From contig JAMOPO010000052.1 of the NCBI GenBank assembly GCA_027064425.1, positions 1 to 64,000 of the forward strand: a DNA stretch of 64,000 nt, given 5' to 3'. The position numbers and the translations under genes were made by a program. Positions 9,369 through 19,218 of this stretch are shown piece by piece; positions within the stretch are counted from its first letter, which is position 1; every line of letters begins with the position of its first letter. The notes beneath the pieces are model-generated. The model searched no databases. It was given only the letters and a program-made list of their open reading frames with translations, and had not been told where the DNA came from. Source of the DNA: Methanobacteriota archaeon (GTDB lineage Archaea; JAADCQ01; Methanopyri; Methanopyrales; Methanopyraceae).

Positions 9369-10946
9369 TCAGATCCCCATGGTCGGATCCTCCTCGGCCT
9401 CGTCCTCCTTCCACCGCTCCAGCTCCTCGAGCACGTCCGGGGTCTCGCCACCGTGCTTCGTGCGGCGCGGCCGGATGTCGACGAAGGCGGGGATGTTGAT
9501 CGCGCTCCCGGTGACGAAGGCCGTGCCCGTGGGCAGACCCTTGATCCGCTCTAGAGCCTCCTTGGTGATGCCCTCCCCGCTCTTCCGGATGTTCTCGAGG
9601 TCGTCCGGGTTCGTGGTGCGCAGCACGATCATGGTGTTGCACTGCGAGAGGACGGTCGTGTCCACGCGACCCGGGCGCTGGCTGACCACGCAGAGCCCGG
9701 CCATGAACTTGCGACCCTCTCGGGCGAAGTCGCGGACGACGGAGAGCGCCGTTTTCGAGGTCGTCCGCTCCTCTCCCGCGGGCGCGAAGTTGTGGGCCTC
9801 CTCGAGGACGACGAACACGGGCGGGATCCGGTCCCGCTGGCGCAGCTCGAACAGCCGCCGGAGGAAGTGCGTGACGACGATCTGCTGCGCCCGGTCCGGC
9901 ACGCCCCGGAGGTTCAGGACCACCACCCGGCCCGGCCGGACGTGGCGCTCCAGGTCGGGCGACTCCTGGGTCTTGAAGATGCCGTAGCGGAGCAGCGGCT
10001 TCAGGTCGCGCAGGGCCGCGCGCGCCGCCTGGAACTCGGCCATGTCACCGGCCGCGCGGGCCCGGCTGGCGTGCTGCTCCAGGAGCTCGACCACGTCCTC
10101 CAGCGAGTACTTCTCACCCTCCTCGTTCTGCCGGCGCCGGAGCTCCCGAAGGATCCTGCCGAGGACGTCCGGCGCGGCCCTCCGCTTGGCCAGCTCCGGG
10201 GCCAGAGTCTCGAAGTCGTCCAGCCCGAGCTTCGTCGTATCGATCATGATGGGGTAATCCCGAACGCCCTCCGACCCCTCCGGGGCGAAGATGACGACGT
10301 CGTCCAGCCCCTTCGGCTCCAGCCCCCAGCGCTCCAGGCGCTCCCGGTCCGGGGACGGCTCGCGCAGGCTCGTGTACTCGCCGTGCGGGTCGATGACCAC
10401 GACCGGGATGTCGCGCTCCACCATCTCCTCGATCAGCACGCCCACCGTGTAGCTCTTACCGCTGCCCGTCATCCCCAGGACCGCGCAGTGCAGCGTGAGC
10501 AGCTCGTTTAGGCCCAAGAAGATGCGCGCCCGCGAGTCCTTCAGCCGGCCCAGGAACAGCTCACCCTCCGAGAACAGCTCCTCCAGCTCCGGCTCCGGGA
10601 GCTTGTACACCGGGTCCGTCGGGCGCGCCGGAACCCGAGGGTCCCGCAGGTCACCGTCCTCCAGCGCCCCCACCACCTCGACCTTGGCCACCACCGTCCA
10701 GTCCAGGTTCGGGACGGGCCGGCCGCTCACCATCGAGGCCCGCGCGATCTCACCCTTGATCCCCTCGTGCACGTCCCGGGAGACGTCCTCCACGCGGCCC
10801 AGCAGCTCCCGCCCGTCCGACCCCGGCTCCCGAACGACCACGTAGTCCCCAACGCCCACGTCGCCCGCGTCCCGGCTGACCACGAACGTGAACTCCCGCA
10901 CGGACGGGCTCTCGTAGACGTACCCCACCACCTCCCGCTCGCTCAA
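9369..10946 (-). CDS. herA: HerA bipolar helicase/translocase
   Basis: HAS barrel, GMTGSGKS, EEAHNF, REGRKF, SQRP. Confidence 0.94.
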   Translation of the reverse strand: MSEREVVGYVYESPSVREFTFVVSRDAGDVGVGDYVVVREPGSDGRELLGRVEDVSRDVHEGIKGEIARASMVSGRPVPNLDWTVVAKVEVVGALEDGDLRDPRVPARPTDPVYKLPEPELEELFSEGELFLGRLKDSRARIFLGLNELLTLHCAVLGMTGSGKSYTVGVLIEEMVERDIPVVVIDPHGEYTSLREPSPDRERLERWGLEPKGLDDVVIFAPEGSEGVRDYPIMIDTTKLGLDDFETLAPELAKRRAAPDVLGRILRELRRRQNEEGEKYSLEDVVELLEQHASRARAAGDMAEFQAARAALRDLKPLLRYGIFKTQESPDLERHVRPGRVVVLNLRGVPDRAQQIVVTHFLRRLFELRQRDRIPPVFVVLEEAHNFAPAGEERTTSKTALSVVRDFAREGRKFMAGLCVVSQRPGRVDTTVLSQCNTMIVLRTTNPDDLENIRKSGEGITKEALERIKGLPTGTAFVTGSAINIPAFVDIRPRRTKHGGETPDVLEELERWKEDEAEEDPTMGI

Positions 10947-12103
10947 CCCGCCTCACCCCCGTGCCGGTGCAGGATCTCCCGGCGCACCTCCTCGCTCGAC
11001 ACCGCCCTCGGCCGCGACTCCCGGCGCAGCCTCCGGAACACGGTGAAGATGACGTCCAGCTCGCCCCGGGAGGCCAGCTCCTCCAGGATCCCCTCCTCCA
11101 GCCAGTCGATCAGCGACCGGGTCACCTTGGCGAACTCGTCCGCCATCACCAGGGGCAGCGGGATCCCGTAGCCGCCGTACTCCACCGACGTGCCCAGCAC
11201 AACCGACGCCGCCTCGTCCGGGTCCACGAACTCGGGGATCTCCACCCGCACCGGGGGCGAGTACTCGGTCGTCCGCACGTAGAACGTGTGCATCTCGTAC
11301 CCCGTCGCGCGCTCGAACTCCCTCACCACCGGGTACTCGCTGCTCGGCAGCCGGAACGCGTGCGTCCGCTCCCCTACCCTCAGCACCGGCTCGCCTCCCA
11401 GCCGCCGCGAGAGCGCCACCGGATCGTTGAGCGCCTTCAGCGAGTCCAGCGAGCCCTCCTCCCCCAGCTCCGCCTCCACGCTCCGCAGCAGGTGCCTCGC
11501 CTTGCAGTCCTCGATCACGCCCATCACCACGACGCCCTCCTCCTCGCACACCTCCAGCAGCCGCCTCCGCGCGCGCAGCAGCTGCCCCCAGTAGTCCTTC
11601 CGGTTCGGACTATCCTCGTTCGCCCCCTTCAGATCATGATGCGGCACGATCGGGCCGTCCAGCATGACCACCTCACCACGCTCCGCCGCCCGCGTCGCCA
11701 CGTCCGACTCCAGCTTCACCCGCCTCGCGGCCACCCGCACCTGCGGCGCCCGCGTTCTCGACAGCGTCCCGAAGTCCCAGGAGGAAAGCACGTCATCCTC
11801 CGACCACGCCGCCGCCCGCGTCACGTACAGAACCACGCCCTGGTACTCCCTCATCCCCTCCCCACCATCCACGCCGAACGTCGAGCTCAGGTCCGGGGTC
11901 CTCGGCTTGACCCGGCGCTTCCGCTCCCGAACGTACTCCAACACCCTCCTCAGCCGAGAGTTCCGCTCGGGCGAGATCCGCTTGTTGACTCCGATCACCT
12001 CCTCTGCCAGCTCGCTGCGGCGGCGCGAGATATCGTCCAGCATCCGGCTGTAATCGCGCCCACGCCGCACGTCGCAGCGCTCAAGGAACCGCTCCAGATC
12101 CAA
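10943..12103 (-). CDS. nurA: NurA nuclease
   Basis: GVDGG, MLDGP, GYGIPLPLVMADEFAK; in herA-mre11-rad50 operon. Confidence 0.9.
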   Translation of the reverse strand: MDLERFLERCDVRRGRDYSRMLDDISRRRSELAEEVIGVNKRISPERNSRLRRVLEYVRERKRRVKPRTPDLSSTFGVDGGEGMREYQGVVLYVTRAAAWSEDDVLSSWDFGTLSRTRAPQVRVAARRVKLESDVATRAAERGEVVMLDGPIVPHHDLKGANEDSPNRKDYWGQLLRARRRLLEVCEEEGVVVMGVIEDCKARHLLRSVEAELGEEGSLDSLKALNDPVALSRRLGGEPVLRVGERTHAFRLPSSEYPVVREFERATGYEMHTFYVRTTEYSPPVRVEIPEFVDPDEAASVVLGTSVEYGGYGIPLPLVMADEFAKVTRSLIDWLEEGILEELASRGELDVIFTVFRRLRRESRPRAVSSEEVRREILHRHGGEAG

Positions 12104-12165
12104 GGACGGTCACGTCCCCCGCCCCGGCCGCGACCCGAACGATAACAGCCTTGCGGGAAGCGAAA

Positions 12166-12189
12166 CGTTACGAAATTCGTAACGATTCC
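12166..12189. repeat. Dyad motif CGTTACGAA-A-TTCGTAACG-ATTCC, copy 1, in the 3' trailer of tRNA-Asp
   Basis: Perfect 9-bp inverted repeat; near-identical copy at 29366-29389. Confidence 0.85.
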
Positions 12190-12194
12190 TCGTT

Positions 12195-12272
12195 TGGCGC
12201 CCCGGCCGGGATTTGAACCCGGGTCCCGGGCTCGACAGGCCCGGATGATAGACCGGGCTACACCGCCGGGGC
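12195..12272 (-). tRNA. tRNA-Asp(GTC), encoded CCA, C at position 8
   Basis: GCCCCGG/CCGGGGC acceptor stem, anticodon loop CT-GTC-GA, GGTTCAAATCC T-arm. Confidence 0.97.
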
Positions 12273-12308
12273 GCCCTCGCTCCCATGCCCCGCGCGGTTC
12301 ACCCCCGC

Positions 12309-12322
12309 TTATAAACTTTTCT
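12309..12322 (-). promoter_or_regulatory. BRE/TATA promoter of tRNA-Asp
   Basis: AGAAAAGTTTATAA on the minus strand ~40 nt upstream of the tRNA. Confidence 0.7.
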
Positions 12323-12323
12323 C

Positions 12324-12761
12324 CTACCGCTCACGGACCACCGTCACCTTCGACCCACTCACGATCACCCGATACCGCGCCCACATCCCCTCAACAGGGT
12401 TCGAGATCTCGCTCACCGACTTGGGCCTGCCGTTGACCGCCACGTAGACGTGGAACAGCACGTTGCGGTACAGCAGCTCCCGCACCGCCTCCCAGTTGGT
12501 GCCGCTAAAACCCAGCTCGAACGTCACCTCGTTATCCGTACAGACCACCCGCCTGACCCAGAGCCGCCCGGACACCGACCCGCCCTGATACGTGATCCCC
12601 ACCGCCACCTCGTCGCACGTCTTAGCCACCGCGTCGGTCGCCGCCTTCTTCACGCAGTACCACTCGTACTCCGGGCCCAGGTACCCGACGGCGAGGGCGC
12701 CGACCAGGCCGACCAGGACCATCGACAGCAGCGCGAACTCGACCGAGATCTGGCCCCGCAC
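12324..12761 (-). CDS. Class III signal peptide protein (minor pilin-like)
   Basis: RG|QISVEFALL followed by a hydrophobic helix. Confidence 0.85.
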   Translation of the reverse strand: MRGQISVEFALLSMVLVGLVGALAVGYLGPEYEWYCVKKAATDAVAKTCDEVAVGITYQGGSVSGRLWVRRVVCTDNEVTFELGFSGTNWEAVRELLYRNVLFHVYVAVNGRPKSVSEISNPVEGMWARYRVIVSGSKVTVVRER

Positions 12762-12774
12762 CGCGTGATTCCCC

Positions 12775-13362
12775 CTACCCGGCCGGGATCACGTAGAACC
12801 CGAAGCTGAACGGCTGACCGGAGGTGGAGCACCACCACTCACTGCCCGGCGGCCACTCGTTGACCTGGACGATGGAACCCCACTGCCGGTAGGCGTTCGG
12901 GTCGATCATCACCACGCCCGGCCTCCACGGGGAGAGCGACCCGAGCAGCACGGGCACGTCGACGACGACCTCCACCTTCCTCTCCCACCGCCCACCCAGC
13001 TGCAGCACCACCTCGATCTCACCTATCGTGAGCCCGCTCACGGAGGCCAGCTCCTTGGCCCGGAGCTTCAGGTAGTACTCACTGTCACCGATGCGCTCGG
13101 GCAGGTAGACCTGGTTGGCCGTGGCCTGCCAGTCCGGCAGCCAGCTGATGGTGCCCGCCACGGCGCTCGCCACGTAGCTCGCGATGCGGTGCGCCTCAAC
13201 CAACGCCGAGATGTCGCCCGTGCGCAGGAAGGTCTCCAGGACGGAGTTGGCGAAGTAAAACCCCACCAACAGCATGACCAGGAAGAGCAGAGAGAACTCC
13301 AGCGTAACCTGACCGCGGCTAAGCGTTGCGCACGACCACGACCTTCCGACCCTTAACCTCAT
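12775..13362 (-). CDS. Class III signal peptide protein (minor pilin-like); start uncertain
   Basis: RG|QVTLEFSLL followed by a hydrophobic helix. Confidence 0.8.
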   Translation of the reverse strand: MRLRVGRSWSCATLSRGQVTLEFSLLFLVMLLVGFYFANSVLETFLRTGDISALVEAHRIASYVASAVAGTISWLPDWQATANQVYLPERIGDSEYYLKLRAKELASVSGLTIGEIEVVLQLGGRWERKVEVVVDVPVLLGSLSPWRPGVVMIDPNAYRQWGSIVQVNEWPPGSEWWCSTSGQPFSFGFYVIPAG

Positions 13363-13780
13363 GGACCTCCACCACCACCAGCCCCGGGACCTTCACCCCG
13401 CTGGTGTCGAAGCTCACCCCGAAGCTCGAGAAGAACCGGGCCTTACCTTGAGCGTTCTCCCCCGAAACGACCACGGTGTACACGTCCTGGCTCCCCGGTG
13501 GCGGCGGCTCCACGGAGACGGAGTACCGGCGCTCCCCGGCGCCCGGCCTCCCCCGAATGTACACCTTGAACGTGGTGCCCTCATCGCACTCGGCCGCCTT
13601 CTCCAGCACGTCGGCCAGCTGCTCCGCCATCGACTTCGCCTCCAGGGCCGACTCCGCGCGCTCCGCGTGCCCGAGGCCCCCCTCCACGTAGGAGAGGACG
13701 ACCGCTAAGAGGCCGACGCAGGCCAGCAGGAGCAGTCCGTACTCAACGGTGACCTGACCGCGGAGAGATTTAATAAGCAC
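13319..13780 (-). CDS. Class III signal peptide protein (minor pilin-like)
   Basis: RG|QVTVEYGLL followed by a hydrophobic helix. Confidence 0.85.
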   Translation of the reverse strand: MLIKSLRGQVTVEYGLLLLACVGLLAVVLSYVEGGLGHAERAESALEAKSMAEQLADVLEKAAECDEGTTFKVYIRGRPGAGERRYSVSVEPPPPGSQDVYTVVVSGENAQGKARFFSSFGVSFDTSGVKVPGLVVVEVHEVKGRKVVVVRNA

Positions 13781-13818
13781 CGACCCTCCCCCCGGACGGG
13801 GGAGAGGGGGCTGGGCGG

Positions 13819-16407
13819 GTGCCCCGCGGGCGCGGCCAGATATTCACTTTGGACGCAGCCGTGGCACTATTATTAGCTTTGGTAGCCATCTCCGCCGCCC
13901 TGAGTTACGTCCACATCGCCCGGCCCACCACGTACTCCGGCCAGGTCCAGGTCTCCACGACCGCCGTGGTCCAACCCGTTAAGTGGGGCTGGGTCGCCAC
14001 CGGCTCGTTCAGAGGCGAGCTTCCCCACCTCGAGGTCAAGGAGGTAAGGATCACCAACTGGCATAGGAAGGGATGGTTCCACCCGAACGTCTACTACTCC
14101 GCGCACGTCGACATCCGCGTCCCACCCAAGAAGAGGATCGTAACAGCCTTCCTAGTTCTCATGATCGGAGACAACCACGTGGTTGAAGCGTTCGACGCTA
14201 AGGATCGAGACCTCGGTGTCTTCGTGACGGTCAACGGGGTCAAGTGTCGCGTTTTCCCGACCGTGCCGATCGACTGGAAGGGGGACGTGGGCTGGAAGCG
14301 TTACAACCTGTACACGACTTACAACGGCCGCATTTGGGAGAAGACCGTCATCGACCTGACCGTGGACCCGTGGGGCAACCCGCTGCTCGCCAAGCGCACC
14401 GACAAGGATCACATCAGCCTTGACATAAAGATCCGCGTTCGGGGGTCTTGGGGAGAGCGGTACCTGAACAGGACGCGCGTGATCATGGTGCTGGCACCCG
14501 ACTGCTACGACGTGGCGGTCCGGACGTGGCTGCCGCAGGGAGAGCAGACGGGCCCGTGCCCGGCCAACAAGAACGGTAACCCCGTTCGCGGACCCATCGC
14601 TCGCAACTTCGATGAGGCGAACGACGGGAGGCACCCCGTGACGAACTTCGCGGACTGGTACGGCCAGGACCTCGATGACGATCCCCAAAACATCACCATC
14701 CGGGACTTGATCAACAAGATCGGGCCGGCGCCGTGGAAGGTGAGCGACGCGCCGGACGTCATCGTGGACAGGCGCTCCTGGTACTACGCCTGGTACCTGA
14801 CCGCCGGGACCGGCGACGCGCAGAGAGCCGACGTCAACATCGACCCGAGGGACCCCAACGGGGACGGTATCGACGGGATCCTGCTCCGCGCCACGGGGGA
14901 CAGGGTTGGCCAGGACTACCGACTGTTCGCCGCCTACGTCATGATGCCCCGGACGTTCTCATCCTGTGTAACGGCGGACGCGCCCCGGCTCGCCCTGACC
15001 CGGGACACGTCCAGCTTCAGCGCCCCACCCGAGTTCGTGGTGCACGCGGGCTTCCGAGACCCCACCTACGTCGACTCCTACTTCCTGTCTGACCCGACCA
15101 AGTCGCTGGGAGGGGACTGTCGGAGCGCCACGCCGATCCGAGGCCGCCTCTACTGGCCGGTATGGAGGCCGTGGTACGAGGTAAACATCTGGAACCTCAC
15201 GCCGGACATGCTGAAAAAAGGAAAGAAGTACGAGGCCAGCGGCGAGTGTCGCGTCCTCGAGGCCTCGGACCGCTGGTACATGAACTACGCCGGGGTACCG
15301 CCAGACTACCCGTTCGGAGCGGCAGGGTACGGCCACCTGGTCATGATCGACCCGCACGCTCGGTGGTCACCCGACACCAACGAGACGGTGGAGGACGTCC
15401 TGCGGACCCACAACACGCTCCGAGCCTACCTGCTGATCCCCAACCGTGGCGGCGGACCGCACATCTACTGGTGGTTGAATTACTACAAGGACGGTCACCG
15501 GAACAACCCGTGGATGAAGTTCCCGGGCGGGTTCGCCGTCCAAGGAGGCCCGCAGCCTCGGCTGGTTACGGTCTGGATCCGCGCTCCGGGATGGCTCTTC
15601 CAGTGGAACCCGTGGACGGATGGGACCAGGACGACCAAGTTCGGCTTCGCCAACACGCGGTTCAAGAACGTGCCCGGCGGCGACCGGCCCGACGAGCTCG
15701 AACTGTCGTTCAAGATCAGCCGGCCTCCCGGGATGCCGAGCTACATCAGGTACTGGAGCGTCCAGGACGTCTACATGTTCGGCAACATGGACGAGGACCC
15801 TGACATGTTCCGGCTGTACATCGACGGCCGGCAGGTGTGGGACGACAAGTGGGCCCCGCCGGTCATCGAGGACCTGAAGGCGCTCTCCGGCGGCGAGGTT
15901 GCGACCCCGGGCCAGCACACGGTCCGGATCTGGGAGTACGAACAACCGTCACCGGAGGCGGTGGAGATCGGCCCGTACAGCGTCCTGGTCCTTTACCGAG
16001 GCATATTCTACGTGACCGTGCCGACGCTCCAGCCGACGAAGCGGGATGCTGTCGAGAAGGCCAGGCAGATGGTGACGAGCATCCTCAACTACCTCGGCAT
16101 CCGGGATCAGAAGTTCATCAACGAGAACCTCCGGATCACCGTCGCGCCCGCCCGGGGCTACGGAAAGCCCCACCAGTTCAAGCTGGTGCTTAAGGGTCCG
16201 CACCCGCCGGACGAGCTGAGGAGAATGGCCACGAGGATCCTATCCCAGATGCAGTCCTCCGGGATCCTGAGCTACATCGCGATGTGCGAAGAACACGGTC
16301 GACCGTTCGACACGAACGCGATCAAGGGCTACATCGAGAGCGTGCTCTGGGGCGACGTGCACTACGAGCTGTACATGGACGGCCGGCTGATACTCAGTGG
16401 CCCGTAA
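13819..16407 (+). CDS. Large (862 aa) pilin-like/adhesin protein with class III signal peptide
   Basis: RG|QIFTLDAAVALLL; W/Y/N/G-rich, beta-rich extracellular-type body. Confidence 0.8.
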   Translation: MPRGRGQIFTLDAAVALLLALVAISAALSYVHIARPTTYSGQVQVSTTAVVQPVKWGWVATGSFRGELPHLEVKEVRITNWHRKGWFHPNVYYSAHVDIRVPPKKRIVTAFLVLMIGDNHVVEAFDAKDRDLGVFVTVNGVKCRVFPTVPIDWKGDVGWKRYNLYTTYNGRIWEKTVIDLTVDPWGNPLLAKRTDKDHISLDIKIRVRGSWGERYLNRTRVIMVLAPDCYDVAVRTWLPQGEQTGPCPANKNGNPVRGPIARNFDEANDGRHPVTNFADWYGQDLDDDPQNITIRDLINKIGPAPWKVSDAPDVIVDRRSWYYAWYLTAGTGDAQRADVNIDPRDPNGDGIDGILLRATGDRVGQDYRLFAAYVMMPRTFSSCVTADAPRLALTRDTSSFSAPPEFVVHAGFRDPTYVDSYFLSDPTKSLGGDCRSATPIRGRLYWPVWRPWYEVNIWNLTPDMLKKGKKYEASGECRVLEASDRWYMNYAGVPPDYPFGAAGYGHLVMIDPHARWSPDTNETVEDVLRTHNTLRAYLLIPNRGGGPHIYWWLNYYKDGHRNNPWMKFPGGFAVQGGPQPRLVTVWIRAPGWLFQWNPWTDGTRTTKFGFANTRFKNVPGGDRPDELELSFKISRPPGMPSYIRYWSVQDVYMFGNMDEDPDMFRLYIDGRQVWDDKWAPPVIEDLKALSGGEVATPGQHTVRIWEYEQPSPEAVEIGPYSVLVLYRGIFYVTVPTLQPTKRDAVEKARQMVTSILNYLGIRDQKFINENLRITVAPARGYGKPHQFKLVLKGPHPPDELRRMATRILSQMQSSGILSYIAMCEEHGRPFDTNAIKGYIESVLWGDVHYELYMDGRLILSGP

Positions 16408-16576
16408 GTGAGCCGAAGCGAGTGGTGATGAGGGGAGCTGAAAGGACGAGGCTCGGGCGGGGTGCGGGAGGGAGCCGGGCCGGAGGCGAGAATCAGGAGA
16501 ACCGGGGCGGGGCGGGTGCCGTCGGCGCGCCTTGACGCCCCTCGGTGCCTCCCGACGCTCTGCTTCTCCCCGCTCT

Positions 16577-18238
16577 CTAGGCCCTGGGCCAGACCTTGAT
16601 CACGTGCCCGTTCTTCTCCACCATGCTCGTGTTCGTGCCGGGCAGTATGAACCAGTTGAGCAGCGAGACTCCGGGCAGCGCGAACCCCTTCGGTTCGGCG
16701 TCGGTCGCCACCTTGATTCCTATGGAGCGCAGTACGGAGACGATCCGCTGAACGGTCCTGTCGCCCGAGTTGAACCCGTACAGCCAGAACAGGTGTACCG
16801 GGTGGTACCACTGGTCGGTGGCCTTGTGGCTCACCCACCTGTACATGGCCCCGCGGAGCCCGGGGGAGCGCGTGCACAGGGCCTCCATCCACGCCATCCA
16901 GTCCACGGTCCCGTGCGGGCCGCCCGGCAGGACGGTCACGTACTGGCTCGGCAGCGCCGGGATGAGCGTCTCCATCCCTACCCTACACCTCCATACGGCG
17001 TCGAAGCCGGACTTGATCCCGTCCACGGACAGCGTGTTCCCGTCCGGCAGCACGTAAAGGATGCCGGCCGCCCGCTCGACGAAGTTGGGCGGTCGGCCGG
17101 TCTCGTCGTTCCACCTTACCGGGAAGTACGGTTGGATCACCCACGGCGGGTCCTCGGGGCGAACGTCAGGGGGCATGCTGACATCGTCCCACGGTAGCGA
17201 CTTGGCCGGGACCGACAGCATGTGAGCCAGCCGGAGCTTGTCGGCGTCGTAGGTGCTGTTCCGCCCCTCCCCGTTGACCCAGTTCAGGTACGCGTGGAAG
17301 AACCGGATGGCGTCCGACTGCTTGATCGGCTCCCCGGCGAGCGTGCCGGCGTTTCCTACCGCGATCTGGTAGTTGCCCGGAACCAGCTGGGGCTTGAACC
17401 TCAGCGGTGGGTTATCGCCCCACCTCGCCTTGGCCGCGTAGTACGCCCAGATCGGGAGCGGGTCCAGGATGGGTCGATGCTCCCAGGCCACGACCGGCGC
17501 GTAGCCCTGAACGGACACCGTCACGGTGGTTTGGCCCAGGTCCATGTAGATGAGCTCCCACCTCGGTGCCTGCACGATGAGCGTTAACTGCACCCGAACG
17601 TAGAGCGTGGACGGGTCGTCCGAGCTTGGAACGATCGGCATGCTGCCGACGGACGACGGGTCCGAGGGGATGTATCGCGGCAGGTAGATGCGCCAGGTCT
17701 TGAGGTCCAGCAGCAGCGCCGGTTCCCCGGTCACGTAGCACCGCGGGATGACCCAGACCTCGGCGTTGGTGTTCCGCTTGATCTTGTCGTGGATGTCAAC
17801 CGCCAGCCGCGCGAACTCGTAGTCGATGTAGTACCTGAGGGACTCGATCACGGTCTTGTACGAGTCGTAGCTGCCGTCCAGGGAGCCCACGTCCACGAGC
17901 CGGTAAGGGGCCGCCAACCCCTCCGGGGTCACCCACTCGATGTTCGATCCGCCGGCGTGGACGGCCACGTACCCGTTCCTGTACCCGTTCGTACCGCCCT
18001 TGGGTAGGTTCACGCCGTTGATGAAGTCCACGACTCCCAGGTACGCGGCGCGGCTGAGCTTCTGATGCGTCATGGCCAGGACGGCCTGATTGACCACCGG
18101 CTTGATGTACTCGGCCCGAACGATGTACCCGCTCTCACGGCCCATGAACGTTAGGTACGACGTGGACAGTAGCAGCAGAAGGATGGCGAAGGCCACGATG
18201 GGGGTGAAGATGAACCCGCGCTCGCGGCGCGCGATCAC
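16577..18238 (-). CDS. 553 aa class III signal peptide protein (pilus-associated)
   Basis: RERG|FIFTPIVAFAILLLL N-terminus; inside the pilus operon. Confidence 0.75.
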   Translation of the reverse strand: MIARRERGFIFTPIVAFAILLLLLSTSYLTFMGRESGYIVRAEYIKPVVNQAVLAMTHQKLSRAAYLGVVDFINGVNLPKGGTNGYRNGYVAVHAGGSNIEWVTPEGLAAPYRLVDVGSLDGSYDSYKTVIESLRYYIDYEFARLAVDIHDKIKRNTNAEVWVIPRCYVTGEPALLLDLKTWRIYLPRYIPSDPSSVGSMPIVPSSDDPSTLYVRVQLTLIVQAPRWELIYMDLGQTTVTVSVQGYAPVVAWEHRPILDPLPIWAYYAAKARWGDNPPLRFKPQLVPGNYQIAVGNAGTLAGEPIKQSDAIRFFHAYLNWVNGEGRNSTYDADKLRLAHMLSVPAKSLPWDDVSMPPDVRPEDPPWVIQPYFPVRWNDETGRPPNFVERAAGILYVLPDGNTLSVDGIKSGFDAVWRCRVGMETLIPALPSQYVTVLPGGPHGTVDWMAWMEALCTRSPGLRGAMYRWVSHKATDQWYHPVHLFWLYGFNSGDRTVQRIVSVLRSIGIKVATDAEPKGFALPGVSLLNWFILPGTNTSMVEKNGHVIKVWPRA

Positions 18239-19215
18239 TCGGGCTTAACCCCCACCTTCAGCCTCACTGGGAACAGCCCGCACGCCCAGGTCAGCGTGCC
18301 CGGAAGCTGCTGGAACTCTCCCAGGCCGACGCCGGCGGGCCGCGAGAGCCGCAGCTGGACGAGGAACCGATCCCCACCGATGGCCAGCACGGTGATCGAC
18401 AGGCCCGAGCAGGTCCCCTCCGAGATCACCTTTCGGATGAAGTCCACGGGGTCCTCCGAGACCCATCCCGTCGAGGAGTAGAACATGATTTTATTGCCAC
18501 CGGAGTCGATCAGGAGCGCCTCCCGGGCCAGCTTCCGGTACGCCTCGTCCTCGGACAGGCCCGACTCCACCAGCTGGTTGAACCGACGGTGCAGGTACAT
18601 CACCCACCAGCGCAGGCCCGCGCCGGACAGCGTCACCCACGCCACCTTCACGCCCGGCACCGTCGCCGGGTAATACAGGACGATCCGCCCCTGGTCCCCA
18701 CTGGTCGACGCCCAAACCTGCGGTAGGTTATCGTCCCACACCCACGTGTCGGCGCGCTTAACCAGCGCCACCCGGTACGATTTTACGATCATCTCTCCGG
18801 GCGCGCCGGCCTGCCCCGCACCGACGTCATCCCGAGGGAAGACCAGGTCCGCCGTGGCGTTACCCACCTTGATCGGGCGATCCAGCCCGCCCGCGCACCG
18901 AACCCACTTGTACGCGTCCACGGCCAGGTACATCCGGTACCCGGAGCGGAGCGGCGCCAGAGCCCAGCTCGGTCCCCACCGGATCGTGGGCTCTCCCGGG
19001 TTCACGAACGACTGCCACGTCAAGTTGGTCCCGACCCAGGACGGAGAGAGCAGGGTCGTCACGAACCGGTCGACCGAGGAGTAGGACTTGTGCACGCTGG
19101 TCAGGTAGAACAGCCCGTGCGACTTGATGATGCCGGCTACGCTCGTCAGGATGAGCAGTATTAGGGCCGAGATCAGCGAGGCCGTGAGCGCGTCCAGCGT
19201 GAGCTGACCCCGCAA
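18235..19215 (-). CDS. 326 aa class III signal peptide protein (pilus-associated)
   Basis: RG|QLTLDALTASLISALILL. Confidence 0.78.
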   Translation of the reverse strand: MRGQLTLDALTASLISALILLILTSVAGIIKSHGLFYLTSVHKSYSSVDRFVTTLLSPSWVGTNLTWQSFVNPGEPTIRWGPSWALAPLRSGYRMYLAVDAYKWVRCAGGLDRPIKVGNATADLVFPRDDVGAGQAGAPGEMIVKSYRVALVKRADTWVWDDNLPQVWASTSGDQGRIVLYYPATVPGVKVAWVTLSGAGLRWWVMYLHRRFNQLVESGLSEDEAYRKLAREALLIDSGGNKIMFYSSTGWVSEDPVDFIRKVISEGTCSGLSITVLAIGGDRFLVQLRLSRPAGVGLGEFQQLPGTLTWACGLFPVRLKVGVKPE

Positions 19216-19218
19216 GGC

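Noticed and set aside
11-11594. Many long + strand ORFs (e.g. 1263-2882, 2966-4993) antisense to rpo and repair genes
   Set aside because: Shadow ORFs from GC-rich codon bias; low-complexity translations with no motifs. The same applies to antisense ORFs elsewhere in the window.
13813-16520. 11-bp direct repeat GGGCGGGTGCC on either side of the inverted gene
   Set aside because: Direct rather than inverted, and plausible by chance at this GC content.
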